From: an uncultured Chloroflexia bacterium
Lineage (GTDB): Bacteria; Chloroflexota; Limnocylindria; Limnocylindrales; CSP1-4
Assembly: GCA_963768655.1 (NCBI GenBank)
Contig: CAVYIM010000005.1
Coordinates: 288,001 to 352,000, forward strand
DNA: 64,000 nucleotides
Direction: 5' to 3'
Under the pieces are notes generated by a model. That model was not told where the DNA came from. It did not search any database and saw only the letters and a list, made by a program, of their open reading frames with translations. The position numbers and the translations under genes were made by a program. How positions within the stretch are numbered: position 1 is the first letter of the stretch; each line of letters opens with the position of its first letter. Positions 31,546 through 40,317 of this stretch are shown one piece after another.

Positions 31546-32450
31546 GCACTCAGCGCAGTCTCGAAATCAGAGGGATCTCGAAACGATACGGGGAGACAAT
31601 CGCCGTACAAGACCTGAGCTTCGACGTCCATGCCGGCGAGTTGTTCGGCTTCGTCGGGCGCAACGGCGCGGGCAAGACCACCACGATGCGGATCGTGCTC
31701 GGCGTCCTCGCTGCCGACGCAGGCGAGGTGCGATGGGATCGAAGGCTGCTCGACCTTGAGGCGCGCAGGCGGATCGGATACATGCCCGAGGAGCGGGGGC
31801 TGTATCCGAAGATGCGACTGGCCGAGCAGCTGGCATACCTGGGCGAGCTTCACGGCATGACCGACTCAGAGGCACGCGTTTCGGCCGCGCACTGGATTGA
31901 TCGCTTCGGCCTGAAGGACCGGGCAAACGACGATCTGCAGGCGCTCAGTCTTGGCAACCAGCAGCGCATCCAGCTGGCTGCCGCACTGGTCTTCGGTCCG
32001 GACGTTCTCGTGCTCGACGAGCCGTTCGCCGGGCTCGACCCGGTCGCCGTCGACGTGATGGCTGACGTGCTCCGCGAACGGGCCGACGCAGGAGTCCCCG
32101 TCATCTTCTCGAGCCATGAACTCGAGCTCGTCGAGCGGATCTGCGACCGCGTCGGCATCATCGATCGCGGCAAGATGGTCGCCTGCGGCACCGTGGACGA
32201 ACTCCGGGCCGGGGGGCAGGAGCGCCGCTGGGTCGACGTCCCCGGGGCCCCGGGCGACTGGGAAGCCGGCCTCCTGGGCGTCCGGCTCGTGCGGACCGAC
32301 GGCACGCGGCGGCTCTTCGAGCTGGATCCGGGCGTCGACGATCAGGCGCTGCTCCAGGCGGGGTTGAACACCGGCCCGGTACGCGAGTTCGAGCGTGTCG
32401 AGCCCACCCTGGGCGAGATCTTCCGGACGGTCATCGAGGAGGCAGCATGA
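31542..32450 (+). CDS. ABC-2 type transporter ATP-binding protein
   Basis: GRNGAGKTT, GYMPEERGLY, LSLGNQQR and LDEPF. Confidence 0.95.
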   Translation: MSTQRSLEIRGISKRYGETIAVQDLSFDVHAGELFGFVGRNGAGKTTTMRIVLGVLAADAGEVRWDRRLLDLEARRRIGYMPEERGLYPKMRLAEQLAYLGELHGMTDSEARVSAAHWIDRFGLKDRANDDLQALSLGNQQRIQLAAALVFGPDVLVLDEPFAGLDPVAVDVMADVLRERADAGVPVIFSSHELELVERICDRVGIIDRGKMVACGTVDELRAGGQERRWVDVPGAPGDWEAGLLGVRLVRTDGTRRLFELDPGVDDQALLQAGLNTGPVREFERVEPTLGEIFRTVIEEAA

Positions 32451-33634
32451 ACCCGCGATCTTTGAGTTCAGGAACGCGCCGCCTGCCGGCCACCGTCCTC
32501 GTCGCTCGCCGCGAGGTCCGCATGCGTCTGCGCTCGCGGGTCTTCGTTGGCGGCACCATCGTAATGACCGTCCTCGTCGTGGTCGGCATCATTGCGGCGG
32601 CGCTGCTCGCCGGCAAGACCAACCCGGTTCGGGTGGGCTTCAGCGGCGGATCGCAGGCGCTCGAGCCGACCTTCACGGCGACGGCCGCTGCCCTGGGTGT
32701 GCCAGTGACAGTCAGCGACATCGCCGACGTCACTGCCGGGGAGGCGCAGGTAACGGCGGGCACGCTCGACGTGCTCGTCATCGGGTCGTCGACCGCGCCG
32801 ACGGCCGTGGCGAACGATGCGGTCCCATCGAGCGTCGAGTCCGCCCTATCGCTGACCGCAGAGGCCGCCCGTCTTTCCGACGCCGGCCTCTCACCGACGG
32901 CCGTCAAGTCGGCCATGGCCCTGGTGCCGGTCCAGCTTCTGGCGCCCCCCAATCCCAAAGACACCCAGAACCTGTTAGCCAGCCTGGCCCTGGGAATAAT
33001 CCTCTGGATCGCGCTCGGCCAGTACGGGAATATGGTGGCCCAGGGCGTGGTCGAGGAGAAGGCGACGCGGATCATGGAGATCCTGCTCGCCACGATCCAG
33101 CCGAGCCGCCTGCTCGCAGGCAAGGTCATCGGGGTCGGCCTCGTCGGTCTCCTGCAGGTCACGATCGTGGGCGCGGCCGCGCTCGTGGCGGTCCACGTGA
33201 CCAATATCGCTGCGATCCCGGCCCTGGACGTGGCCTCGATCCTGGCCGATATCTTGTGGTTCCTGCTCGGATTCCTCTTCTATGCCACTGCCTACGCTGC
33301 GGTCGCCTCCCTCGTCTCGCGCCAGGAGGAGATCCAGAGCGCGGTCGCCCCGATCTCGATCTTCCAGATCGCGGGGTACCTGCTCATGTACGCCGCGCTG
33401 CCGAATCCGAGCGGCCCCCTGGCCACGGCGTGCTCGCTGTTTCCGCCGTTCGCCCCAATCGTCATGGCCGTGCGGATGGCGAGCAGCGACGTGCCGGTCT
33501 GGCAGGTCGGCCTGGCGATAGCGCTAATCGTTGCATCCATCGTCGGCCTGACCTGGCTGGCCGGCCGCATCTACACCAACGCAGCCATGCGCATCGGGGC
33601 CCGGGTACGGTTCATGGATGCGTTTCGTGGGTAA
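32447..33634 (+). CDS. ABC-2 type transporter permease (NatB/YhaP-like)
   Basis: GVVEEKATRIMEILL..I.P..LLAGK motif; six TMs. Confidence 0.93.
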   Translation: MNPRSLSSGTRRLPATVLVARREVRMRLRSRVFVGGTIVMTVLVVVGIIAAALLAGKTNPVRVGFSGGSQALEPTFTATAAALGVPVTVSDIADVTAGEAQVTAGTLDVLVIGSSTAPTAVANDAVPSSVESALSLTAEAARLSDAGLSPTAVKSAMALVPVQLLAPPNPKDTQNLLASLALGIILWIALGQYGNMVAQGVVEEKATRIMEILLATIQPSRLLAGKVIGVGLVGLLQVTIVGAAALVAVHVTNIAAIPALDVASILADILWFLLGFLFYATAYAAVASLVSRQEEIQSAVAPISIFQIAGYLLMYAALPNPSGPLATACSLFPPFAPIVMAVRMASSDVPVWQVGLAIALIVASIVGLTWLAGRIYTNAAMRIGARVRFMDAFRG

Positions 33635-33698
33635 CGCTCGCAGTCAGGTCCAGCATGTTCAGGCCCCATCGGGCCGATAGATCGGAAGGAACAAGGCA

Positions 33699-33863
33699 AT
33701 GTCCCGTGGGACTCATCCACTGGCGGCCCTGTTGGCGGTCGTCTCCGCGATCCTCATCGTGTTCGGCCGGGTCAACAAGAACAGGTGGTGGGGCAACTGG
33801 GTCGCGGTCGCCGGGTTCGCGGTGCTCGTCATGGCCGCCCTCGTCTTCCTTGTAGAAAGGTGA
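33699..33863 (+). CDS. 54-aa two-TM microprotein (GRVN..WWGNW), copy 1
   Basis: Manual translation MSRGTHPLAALLAVVSAILIVFGRVNKNRWWGNWVAVAGFAVLVMAALVFLVER; AAGGA RBS; paralogue downstream. Confidence 0.7.
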   Translation: MSRGTHPLAALLAVVSAILIVFGRVNKNRWWGNWVAVAGFAVLVMAALVFLVER

Positions 33864-34072
33864 CGGAAACGACCTCTCCGGTGCGACCAGTGGCCGTAGC
33901 GCTGACCCTGGCCCGCATCGGCGGCCTGACCTGGCTGGCCCGCCGCATGTACACCAACGCAGCCATGCGCATAGGGGCCCGGGTGCGGTTCATGGATGCG
34001 TTCCGTGGGTAACGCTTGCAGCTGGGTACAGTACGTTCAGGCCCGATCGGGCCGACAGATCGGAGGAACTAG

Positions 34073-34249
34073 ATGCCGTCTCGTGTGATGGCCCATCCAT
34101 TCTTGACCCTGATGGCGGTGGTTTCCGCGATCCTCATCGTGGTCGGCCGGGTCAACCGCGACATGTGGTGGGGCAACTGGGTCTTTGTCGCCGGAATCGC
34201 GGTCCTCGTGGTTGCAGGCGCCCTCTTCCTCCTCCTGACCAAACGGTGA
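34073..34249 (+). CDS. 58-aa two-TM microprotein (GRVN..WWGNW), copy 2
   Basis: Manual translation MPSRVMAHPFLTLMAVVSAILIVVGRVNRDMWWGNWVFVAGIAVLVVAGALFLLLTKR; GGAGG RBS. Confidence 0.7.
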   Translation: MPSRVMAHPFLTLMAVVSAILIVVGRVNRDMWWGNWVFVAGIAVLVVAGALFLLLTKR

Positions 34250-34884
34250 TCGAAACGACCTCGTTTCGGCCCGACGCGCACCCGACATTGGCCAGCACGG
34301 GCGCAAGCCCTTCAGCTGAGCTTCCCTTTTGGAGCGCCTCTCCGCCGCCGGTCGCATCAGGGTGACCCGGGGTCTGGGGGCGGTCCAGATCGCATCGTGG
34401 GCCTGATCGCCTGTCTTCCCGAGGTACGCGATCACCGCCCTACGGTGGCTTCGTCGCAAGCGTGGTCGTCTAGGAAGCGTCGACCCGCATCGTCCCCGCC
34501 AACTCAAGCGCGTGTCCAATGTCCAGGAGCCACGGCCGAGGCTACCGTGAAGGACAGGCAGCTTGCCTGCTCGGATGAATGGCTCCGGCGGTAGGGAGCC
34601 GGATGTCGCCTACGAGATTGCGTCCACTCTTCGTCCGGGGTAACCCTCCCCGCCTCACTCGCTCTCGCGAATGGCTCGCCGACGCGCTTTTGGAATGCGC
34701 CATCGGCCACCAGTCCCACGTGGGTCGCCTTCGCAACGACATTGCGCGGATTGCCGAACGGTTCTCGAGCGAACCCGGAGTCGCGAGGCGGTCGCGGCGC
34801 GACGTCGCGCGGGCCAACGCATCTCGCAGACCTGAACGTCTGGGTTGGATGGCGACGCATCGACGATGCGTGAATCGAATCCGC

Positions 34885-35397
34885 TCACCCGAGGTCAGGC
34901 CGGGGCTTCTCGATCGCCTCGGGAATCATCACAGACCTCGCCGACAGGATCGGCGCGGCGAGCCTCTCGTCGCCCTCGATGTCGGCTAGTGCGTAAGTCT
35001 CCTCGGTCGACCCGAAGTTGAACAGCGAACGCCAGGCCTCATGGACATCCATTGAGACCGCGGCGACGGGCCGGTCGGCGGCCCCGTCGAGCAGGACCCA
35101 GCCGGCGGCCCCGCGCGTGACCGTCCACGCATGGGCCCAATCGCCCCGGACGCGGAGCACGAGCGACGTGCCAGGCGTGGCTTCCACCTCAGCGTAGGCG
35201 CGTCGGAGGGCGAGCACCGAGAGCCGCAGGATCGGCTCGACCCACCGGCGGCCGGTCAGGCCGGAGCGCCGACGGCGTCGCGGACCCGCATCTGGTGGTG
35301 CCAGCGCTCCGTGAACTGGAGGGCAATTCAACTCACGGTGGAGTGGGCGGAAGAGCCGGGTCGTGTGGACCGGTTGGACTACCCGCAAGGTAGCCAT
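34885..35397 (-). pseudogene. Maleylpyruvate isomerase (MDMPI/DinB-like) family remnant with internal deletion
   Basis: N-terminal LFRPLHREL joined directly to out-of-frame FTERWHHQMRVRDAVG, then C-terminal SCP2-like part; the middle domain is missing. Confidence 0.65.
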
Positions 35398-36447
35398 CAG
35401 TAGGTAACCCAGATGCGCCGATTGACCCCGTCCATTCGGATCCGGCCGCCGATGGGGACGATCAACTGCGGGTCGGTGTGCCCGAAGTCCACGTTGAACA
35501 CGATGGGCGCGTTGGGCGCATAGCGAGAGACGGCGGTGATGACCGATGCCTCGAATTCCAGGCGCGTAGGCAGCCCGGTTCTCCAGAACGCGCGCGGCAG
35601 CCGTCATGGGACGACCCACGAGCACCGCGGCGAAGCGACCGAGGATCCCGCGTTCGCCAAACGACTGGAGCGCGTAGCCAACCTCAGCAGGCGTGGGCAT
35701 CTCCTCCGAGGTCTCCATCACGAAGATGCAGCCTTCGTATGCATCCGGCGCCGCGATTTCTCGATCCGCAATCGCCATCAACGTCAGCACGTCGAAACAG
35801 CCGCCCCAGGTCGTCCCCTCGACGACGCGATCCGCGTTGTGCCACTTCCAGCCTTCGGCGGGCTTCATATTCGGCTCGCGTTCGAACGTCGCGGGTTCGG
35901 CCCAGTCGCTGTCCTCGTCGCGCCAGGTCGTTGCCGCGGTCAGCTCGTATTCGCCGCTCGTGAACAGCGCGGTGCGTAGCGATTCGGTCGAAAGCGGGTG
36001 GAGCGCGCCGGGCCGGCCGAGGTGGTACATCACTGAGCCGCCGTAGTAGCCGACGATGCCCGTGTTCCACAGGTAGACGAGGAGGTTGGTGTTGTCGCTA
36101 TAGCCGAAGAACGGCTTGGGGTTGGCGGCAATCAAACCGCGGTCGAGGTGCGGCAGGATCCGGATCTCGTCGGCGCCGCCGATGGAGGTCATTACGGCCT
36201 TGATCGACGGGTCGGCGAAGGCCGCCATGACATCCCGAGCCCGATTGCGCGGATCGGCGCCCATCTGCCTGGTGGTCGGGTACTCGACCGGCACGAGGCC
36301 GAGGTCCTCGCGCAGCCTCCGCAGCCCCAACTCAAACGGCAGCGGCAGTTTGCCCGGCAAGCCACTCGCCGGAGACAGGATCGCAACTCGATCCCCCGGC
36401 ACCGGCTTGGACGGGTACGTGAGCACCTTGGCCGACTGAGTTGTCAT
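35397..36447 (-). CDS. S66 family peptidase (LD-carboxypeptidase/MccF-like), +1 frameshift near 35565
   Basis: GDRVAILSPA, IGG.D, GYSDNT and ETSEE; C-terminal VDFGHTDPQ..VPIGG in a shifted frame. Confidence 0.85.
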
Positions 36448-36490
36448 AGGCTCCCCTCGCTTCTCAAGCACTTGCCTCATCGATGTCCCC

Positions 36491-37837
36491 TCAGCTGCTG
36501 AAATCCGGCTGGGCGAGCCGGAACTCCTCGAGCACCCTCCACGAGCGCGGTTCGCGCCTGCCTGCCATAAGCAGGATCCGGTCGGCGGTATCCCTCAGCG
36601 GCAATCGCCCGATGAGCGCAGCCTCGGCCGCCCGCAGCTCGTCGACCGAAGCGAGCCCTTCCGCCGCCTCGCTGCTGTCGACCGTGAGGTGCGGGATGAT
36701 CGTCTCAAACGCGCCTCCATAGGGCTGCCATTGCGGGTACGCGGCCACCACCGCCTCGGTCATGGCGACAAACGGACCCGAGTCCTCCGGGGCGAGCCAA
36801 AGGACATCATTGCCAAACCATCGGATACACCGGAACTCCACCGCAAACGGCCGGTGTGCTGCAAACAGCCGTCGGAGCCGAGAGATCACTGTGGTGTCGA
36901 TCTGGTCCACCGGGCCGAAGGGATAGAGCAGGGTCACGTGCGCCGGCAGCCCGAACTCGACTGCCGGGTCGAGGTGGCGCAGGTCGTCGATCTGCTGGTC
37001 AACCTGGTTCATCGGCACGAGCAGCGCGGTGAATTCCATTTGGTGGGTACTCCGCGGGGGCGACGAGGGCATGTCCTGGCTGATGGTCAGGATCGCGTCA
37101 CCAACGAGGGCGACAAACGACGCGGCGGCCCCGGTCACTCTATCGTCCGCGAGGCCCAAGCGCCCGCCCGACAGCCGGCAGCGTTCCGCCTCATCGATGA
37201 GCCAGGCCCACTCCGGCATCCACGAGCGAACCAGGGCCGCGCCCTCCTGTTTGGAACAGGGCCTGTCGTTCCGGATTGTCGCGAGCGCCCGACACATCGT
37301 CAGCACGCAATAGGCACGGTTGCCCGGCGTCGCACTCGGCAGATTTCGAGACCGCACCTCGTCCGCGTAGCGCCGGATCTCTGTGAGGAAGTCCGTCCAA
37401 GACACCGGTGGAATCGTATCGGCGGGCGGTGGCCCGAATAGCGTGACGCCGGTCTCGCGTACCAGGTAGAAGTTGTTGATCCACAGTTCAACGCCATCGC
37501 GCAGGTGAAATGGTTCGCCGGGGCTGATGACTCCGAGCCCTCCGCCGGACCGAAAGTGGGTCAGCGTGTCCCGTCCCACATACACGAGCTCGAGCCGGTC
37601 GTCCCATTCGGGATGACGCTTCACGAACTCCGAATGGAGGGCCTCGAGCCGTTCGGCAACGGCGGCGTCCAGATCGCGTTGTGTCACTACCAGCAAGTCA
37701 ATGTCACTGACATCCGCGACGAAGCCGCCGACGGCCGCCGAGCCATACAGATACACCGCGACCAGGTCAGATCCGAGGGCGGACTGAAGCCCGTTCGTCA
37801 AAACCTGTCCAAGGGCGGCGGGGAGTCGATCGGACAT
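36491..37837 (-). CDS. AadA-like nucleotidyltransferase (with DUF4111) fused to 2H phosphoesterase (2'-5' RNA ligase-like)
   Basis: YLYGSA..G....SDIDLLVV, VLTMCR and SK.EGA; then PAHVTLLYPF and PHLTV (two HxT motifs) in the same frame. Confidence 0.85.
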   Translation of the reverse strand: MSDRLPAALGQVLTNGLQSALGSDLVAVYLYGSAAVGGFVADVSDIDLLVVTQRDLDAAVAERLEALHSEFVKRHPEWDDRLELVYVGRDTLTHFRSGGGLGVISPGEPFHLRDGVELWINNFYLVRETGVTLFGPPPADTIPPVSWTDFLTEIRRYADEVRSRNLPSATPGNRAYCVLTMCRALATIRNDRPCSKQEGAALVRSWMPEWAWLIDEAERCRLSGGRLGLADDRVTGAAASFVALVGDAILTISQDMPSSPPRSTHQMEFTALLVPMNQVDQQIDDLRHLDPAVEFGLPAHVTLLYPFGPVDQIDTTVISRLRRLFAAHRPFAVEFRCIRWFGNDVLWLAPEDSGPFVAMTEAVVAAYPQWQPYGGAFETIIPHLTVDSSEAAEGLASVDELRAAEAALIGRLPLRDTADRILLMAGRREPRSWRVLEEFRLAQPDFSS

Positions 37838-38991
37838 TACGAAGCCTCCTCGGTTGGATGCCCGTAGACAACGAGGATGTGCCACAGGTCCTTGAGACGG
37901 GTCAAGGCATCTTCCGAGTCGCGCCAGGGCTGCCACGCGCCTGTGTCGTTGACGACGGAAACAGCGGCCCAGCCGAGGACCCTCGCGTCCAGATGCCGTC
38001 CGTGGGTTGGGAAGCGGTCGACCACCGTCCGAGCGAACGCCGCCGCACGACCGGCGGCACAGAACGCCGCCCAACGCCTCGGCTCCGGAACCGGTGGCTC
38101 TTCGAGCGGGACCTCGTCAACGGTGAGCTGGCTGCCGGCATTCCAACTTACCCCAACCTGGTAGCGCTCGGCAGTGTCAAGGAGAGCGTCACCCGTCGCC
38201 GACCCAAGGAACGAAGGATCGATGACCATCTCCGCGACGTCGTCATGGAGGGTGACTGGGCCGTGTATCTGGGACTCCAGGAAGGCGTCGAGCGCGTGGC
38301 TCATGACGGGCGCGAGCCGCGGTCGCTCGGGATTGAGCAGGCGCTCGACAAGCGTTGGGACGGTCAGCGGCCGGCCCAGGTCGTCGCCCTTCGCCACCCG
38401 CTCCAAGAGTCCGGCGAGCACGGGTTCCAGCCGATCGACGACACCACCGTCATCGGGCAACGTCACGCTGTCGCCAACGAAGAACGTTGTGCGGGTGAGG
38501 CTCGCCGGTCCCAGCCGGAGGTGGCAGGAACCGAATCGTGGACACGCACCGTTGGCGAGCTGCAGAACATCGAGGCCGCCATAGCGCGGGCGTTCCGCGG
38601 CGCCGACGCCTGCAGCTTGATAGGCCGCGCCGAAGAGCCGATCCTCCCATCGGTCGCGCTCTCCGCCGGGACGTGCGGTGAGGCCGCCATTCGAGATACC
38701 CGTCTCGAACTGGCTTCGGTAGATCCCATCGGCCAGCAGGACCTCCGCCACCGATCGGCCGTCGCCGGCGATCCGATCGGGATGGAAGTTGATCGTCAAC
38801 GTCGCGACACGGCGAAGACCCGCACAGAGCTCGCCGATATCGGCCGAGAGCCCGGCATCTCCCAGCGCGCTTCGAATTCGGTCCTCGTCACGGCGGCGGT
38901 TTCGTTCCGCCTGGGCACGCACGTGGGCGAGCGCAGCTCGGTTTGCGGGGCTCGACCTGGACCCGGATCCGAACGTTGTTTCCTCGTCCAC
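37837..38991 (-). CDS. DUF3626 domain protein
   Basis: TINFHPDR, YRSQFETGISNGG, ERPRYGGL, PRFGSCHLRL and ESQIHG. Confidence 0.85.
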   Translation of the reverse strand: MDEETTFGSGSRSSPANRAALAHVRAQAERNRRRDEDRIRSALGDAGLSADIGELCAGLRRVATLTINFHPDRIAGDGRSVAEVLLADGIYRSQFETGISNGGLTARPGGERDRWEDRLFGAAYQAAGVGAAERPRYGGLDVLQLANGACPRFGSCHLRLGPASLTRTTFFVGDSVTLPDDGGVVDRLEPVLAGLLERVAKGDDLGRPLTVPTLVERLLNPERPRLAPVMSHALDAFLESQIHGPVTLHDDVAEMVIDPSFLGSATGDALLDTAERYQVGVSWNAGSQLTVDEVPLEEPPVPEPRRWAAFCAAGRAAAFARTVVDRFPTHGRHLDARVLGWAAVSVVNDTGAWQPWRDSEDALTRLKDLWHILVVYGHPTEEAS

Positions 38992-39278
38992 GATGCAATC
39001 ATGCCCCGGCGTTGCCCGCGGCGGTACTCGCTGATGAAACTCGACTGGCAGCACCACTTCCCGTCCTCCTCGTCCAGCCGTGAAGCGGTGGCACGCCGGG
39101 GGCGACATTCTCCGTAAGGGAGGTGGACGTCGACGAACACGCATGGTTCTCCGCGAAGCTTCGGGGGACAGGCTGCGGAGACCGCTTCGACGCCGATCTA
39201 GACAGCGGGCCGGAGAGGAGAGTACGAACTCCTGCGTGATGACTGATCAATGGCACCCACGCCCTTGACCACCCGAAT

Positions 39279-39288
39279 AGACTAGTCT
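39279..39288. promoter_or_regulatory. Palindromic TA operator candidate
   Basis: AGACTAGTCT perfect palindrome between TTGACC and the antitoxin RBS. Confidence 0.5.
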
Positions 39289-39315
39289 TAGACCAGCTGA
39301 CAGGAGTTTAGTGAC

Positions 39316-39558
39316 ATGCGCCAGGTCGGGGCCTACGAGGCCAAGACTAATCTTCCCCGACTGCTCGACGAGGTTGCCTCCAGCGGGGAACCAATCGCCA
39401 TCACCAAGCACGGAGTCGCGGTGGCAGTGCTCGGCCCCGCGTCTACGCGCGCGAACTTGACGGCGAGCGAGGCGATTGCCGGCTTGCGTGCCTTCCGAGA
39501 CGGCCATCGATTGGACGGGCTTTCGCTTCGTGAGCTCATCGACGAGGGCCGGCGGTGA
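39316..39558 (+). CDS. Phd/YefM-type antitoxin (VapB)
   Basis: VGAYEAKTNLPRLLDEV..GE.I.ITKHG. Confidence 0.92.
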   Translation: MRQVGAYEAKTNLPRLLDEVASSGEPIAITKHGVAVAVLGPASTRANLTASEAIAGLRAFRDGHRLDGLSLRELIDEGRR

Positions 39559-39965
39559 GCTTCGTCATCGACGCCTCGGTGGCTCTCGCATGGTGTTTCG
39601 CCGACGAAGTCTCTCCCGTCGCGGACGCGGCCCTGGGTCGGCTCACCAACGAGGAAGCGCTCGTTCCCTCCATCTGGCCGCTCGAGGTCGCCAACGCCCT
39701 CAGGACGGCCGAGCGCCGCGGCCGTCTCGATCTGGCCGATCTCGCACGCATCCGCGAGCTGCTGATTTCTCTGCCGATCCAGATCGAGGCAATCGACCTG
39801 GACCTGGCTCTGGGTGAGGTCTCCGATCTCGCGCGCAACCTGAACCTGACCGCCTACGACGCTGCCTACCTGACCCTGGCCGCTAGGCGCGGGCTCGTCC
39901 TGGCTACGGTCGACGAGAGTCTCAAGAGAGCCTGCAATTCGGCCGGCGTCAAGCTCGTCGAGTAG
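39555..39965 (+). CDS. vapC: PIN domain toxin
   Basis: FVIDAS, EVANAL, LTAYDAAYL and LATVD; overlaps antitoxin stop. Confidence 0.92.
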   Translation: MSFVIDASVALAWCFADEVSPVADAALGRLTNEEALVPSIWPLEVANALRTAERRGRLDLADLARIRELLISLPIQIEAIDLDLALGEVSDLARNLNLTAYDAAYLTLAARRGLVLATVDESLKRACNSAGVKLVE

Positions 39966-40071
39966 GTCGGGCAGCCAGTACGGAGGGTTTTCGCCTGGGC
40001 GGATTCCGCAAGGCCATCCAGGCAACGACGCGAGCCGACCGGGCGGATAGCCGCAATTCCAACCGAGTGAT

Positions 40072-40146
40072 TGGCTCCGGCGGTAGGATTCGAACCTACG
40101 GCCAAGCGGTTAACAGCCGCCCGCTCTACCACTGAGCTACGCCGGA
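40072..40146 (-). tRNA. tRNA-Asn (GTT)
   Basis: TCCGGCGTAGCTCAGTGGTAGAGCGGGCGGCTGTTAACCGCTTGGCCGTAGGTTCGAATCCTACCGCCGGAGCCA: cloverleaf, TTCGA T-loop, encoded CCA. Confidence 0.97.
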
Positions 40147-40317
40147 GCGAGTCGATCGCCAAAGCGATCGACTCAGGCGATCGCTCGCGATCCGTGGCGC
40201 CGTCGCGGCGCCGCGCGACAGAATAGCACGGCACCGCCCGGCCGTTACGGGTGCGTGGCGCACCGGTTGGGGCGGCCAATCGAGGCCCACGTGCGGGCCA
40301 TCCCACCAGGAGGACCA

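Larger units (their letters stand above)
33539..34261 (+). repeat. Diverged tandem duplication (about 378-bp period) of permease 3' end, spacer and microprotein gene
   Basis: GGCCTGACCTGGCTGGCC...ACCAACGCAGCCATGCGCAT.GGGGCCCGGGT.CGGTTCATGGATGCGTT.CGTGGGTAACGCT occurs ending near 33638 and again near 34016; spacers and small ORFs are homologous. Confidence 0.9.
34580..40087. mobile_element. Integrase-less genomic island remnant at tRNA-Asn
   Basis: 16-bp direct repeat TGGCTCCGGCGGTAGG at 34580-34595 and 40072-40087 (the tRNA 3' end); contains a TA pair and degraded genes. Confidence 0.7.

Noticed and set aside
33539-34261. Duplicate as DGR TR/VR or integron attC array
   Set aside because: Differences are not adenine-specific, there is no RT or integron integrase, and no attC-like RYYYAAC/GTTRRRY palindrome was identified
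34596-34880. Integrase remnant at the island edge
   Set aside because: No tyrosine or serine recombinase motif seen in any frame
34885-36480. 531-aa ORF as a real S66-MDMPI fusion
   Set aside because: It arises from a +1 shift near 35565 that reads through the true S66 stop (35397-35399) into a deleted downstream gene
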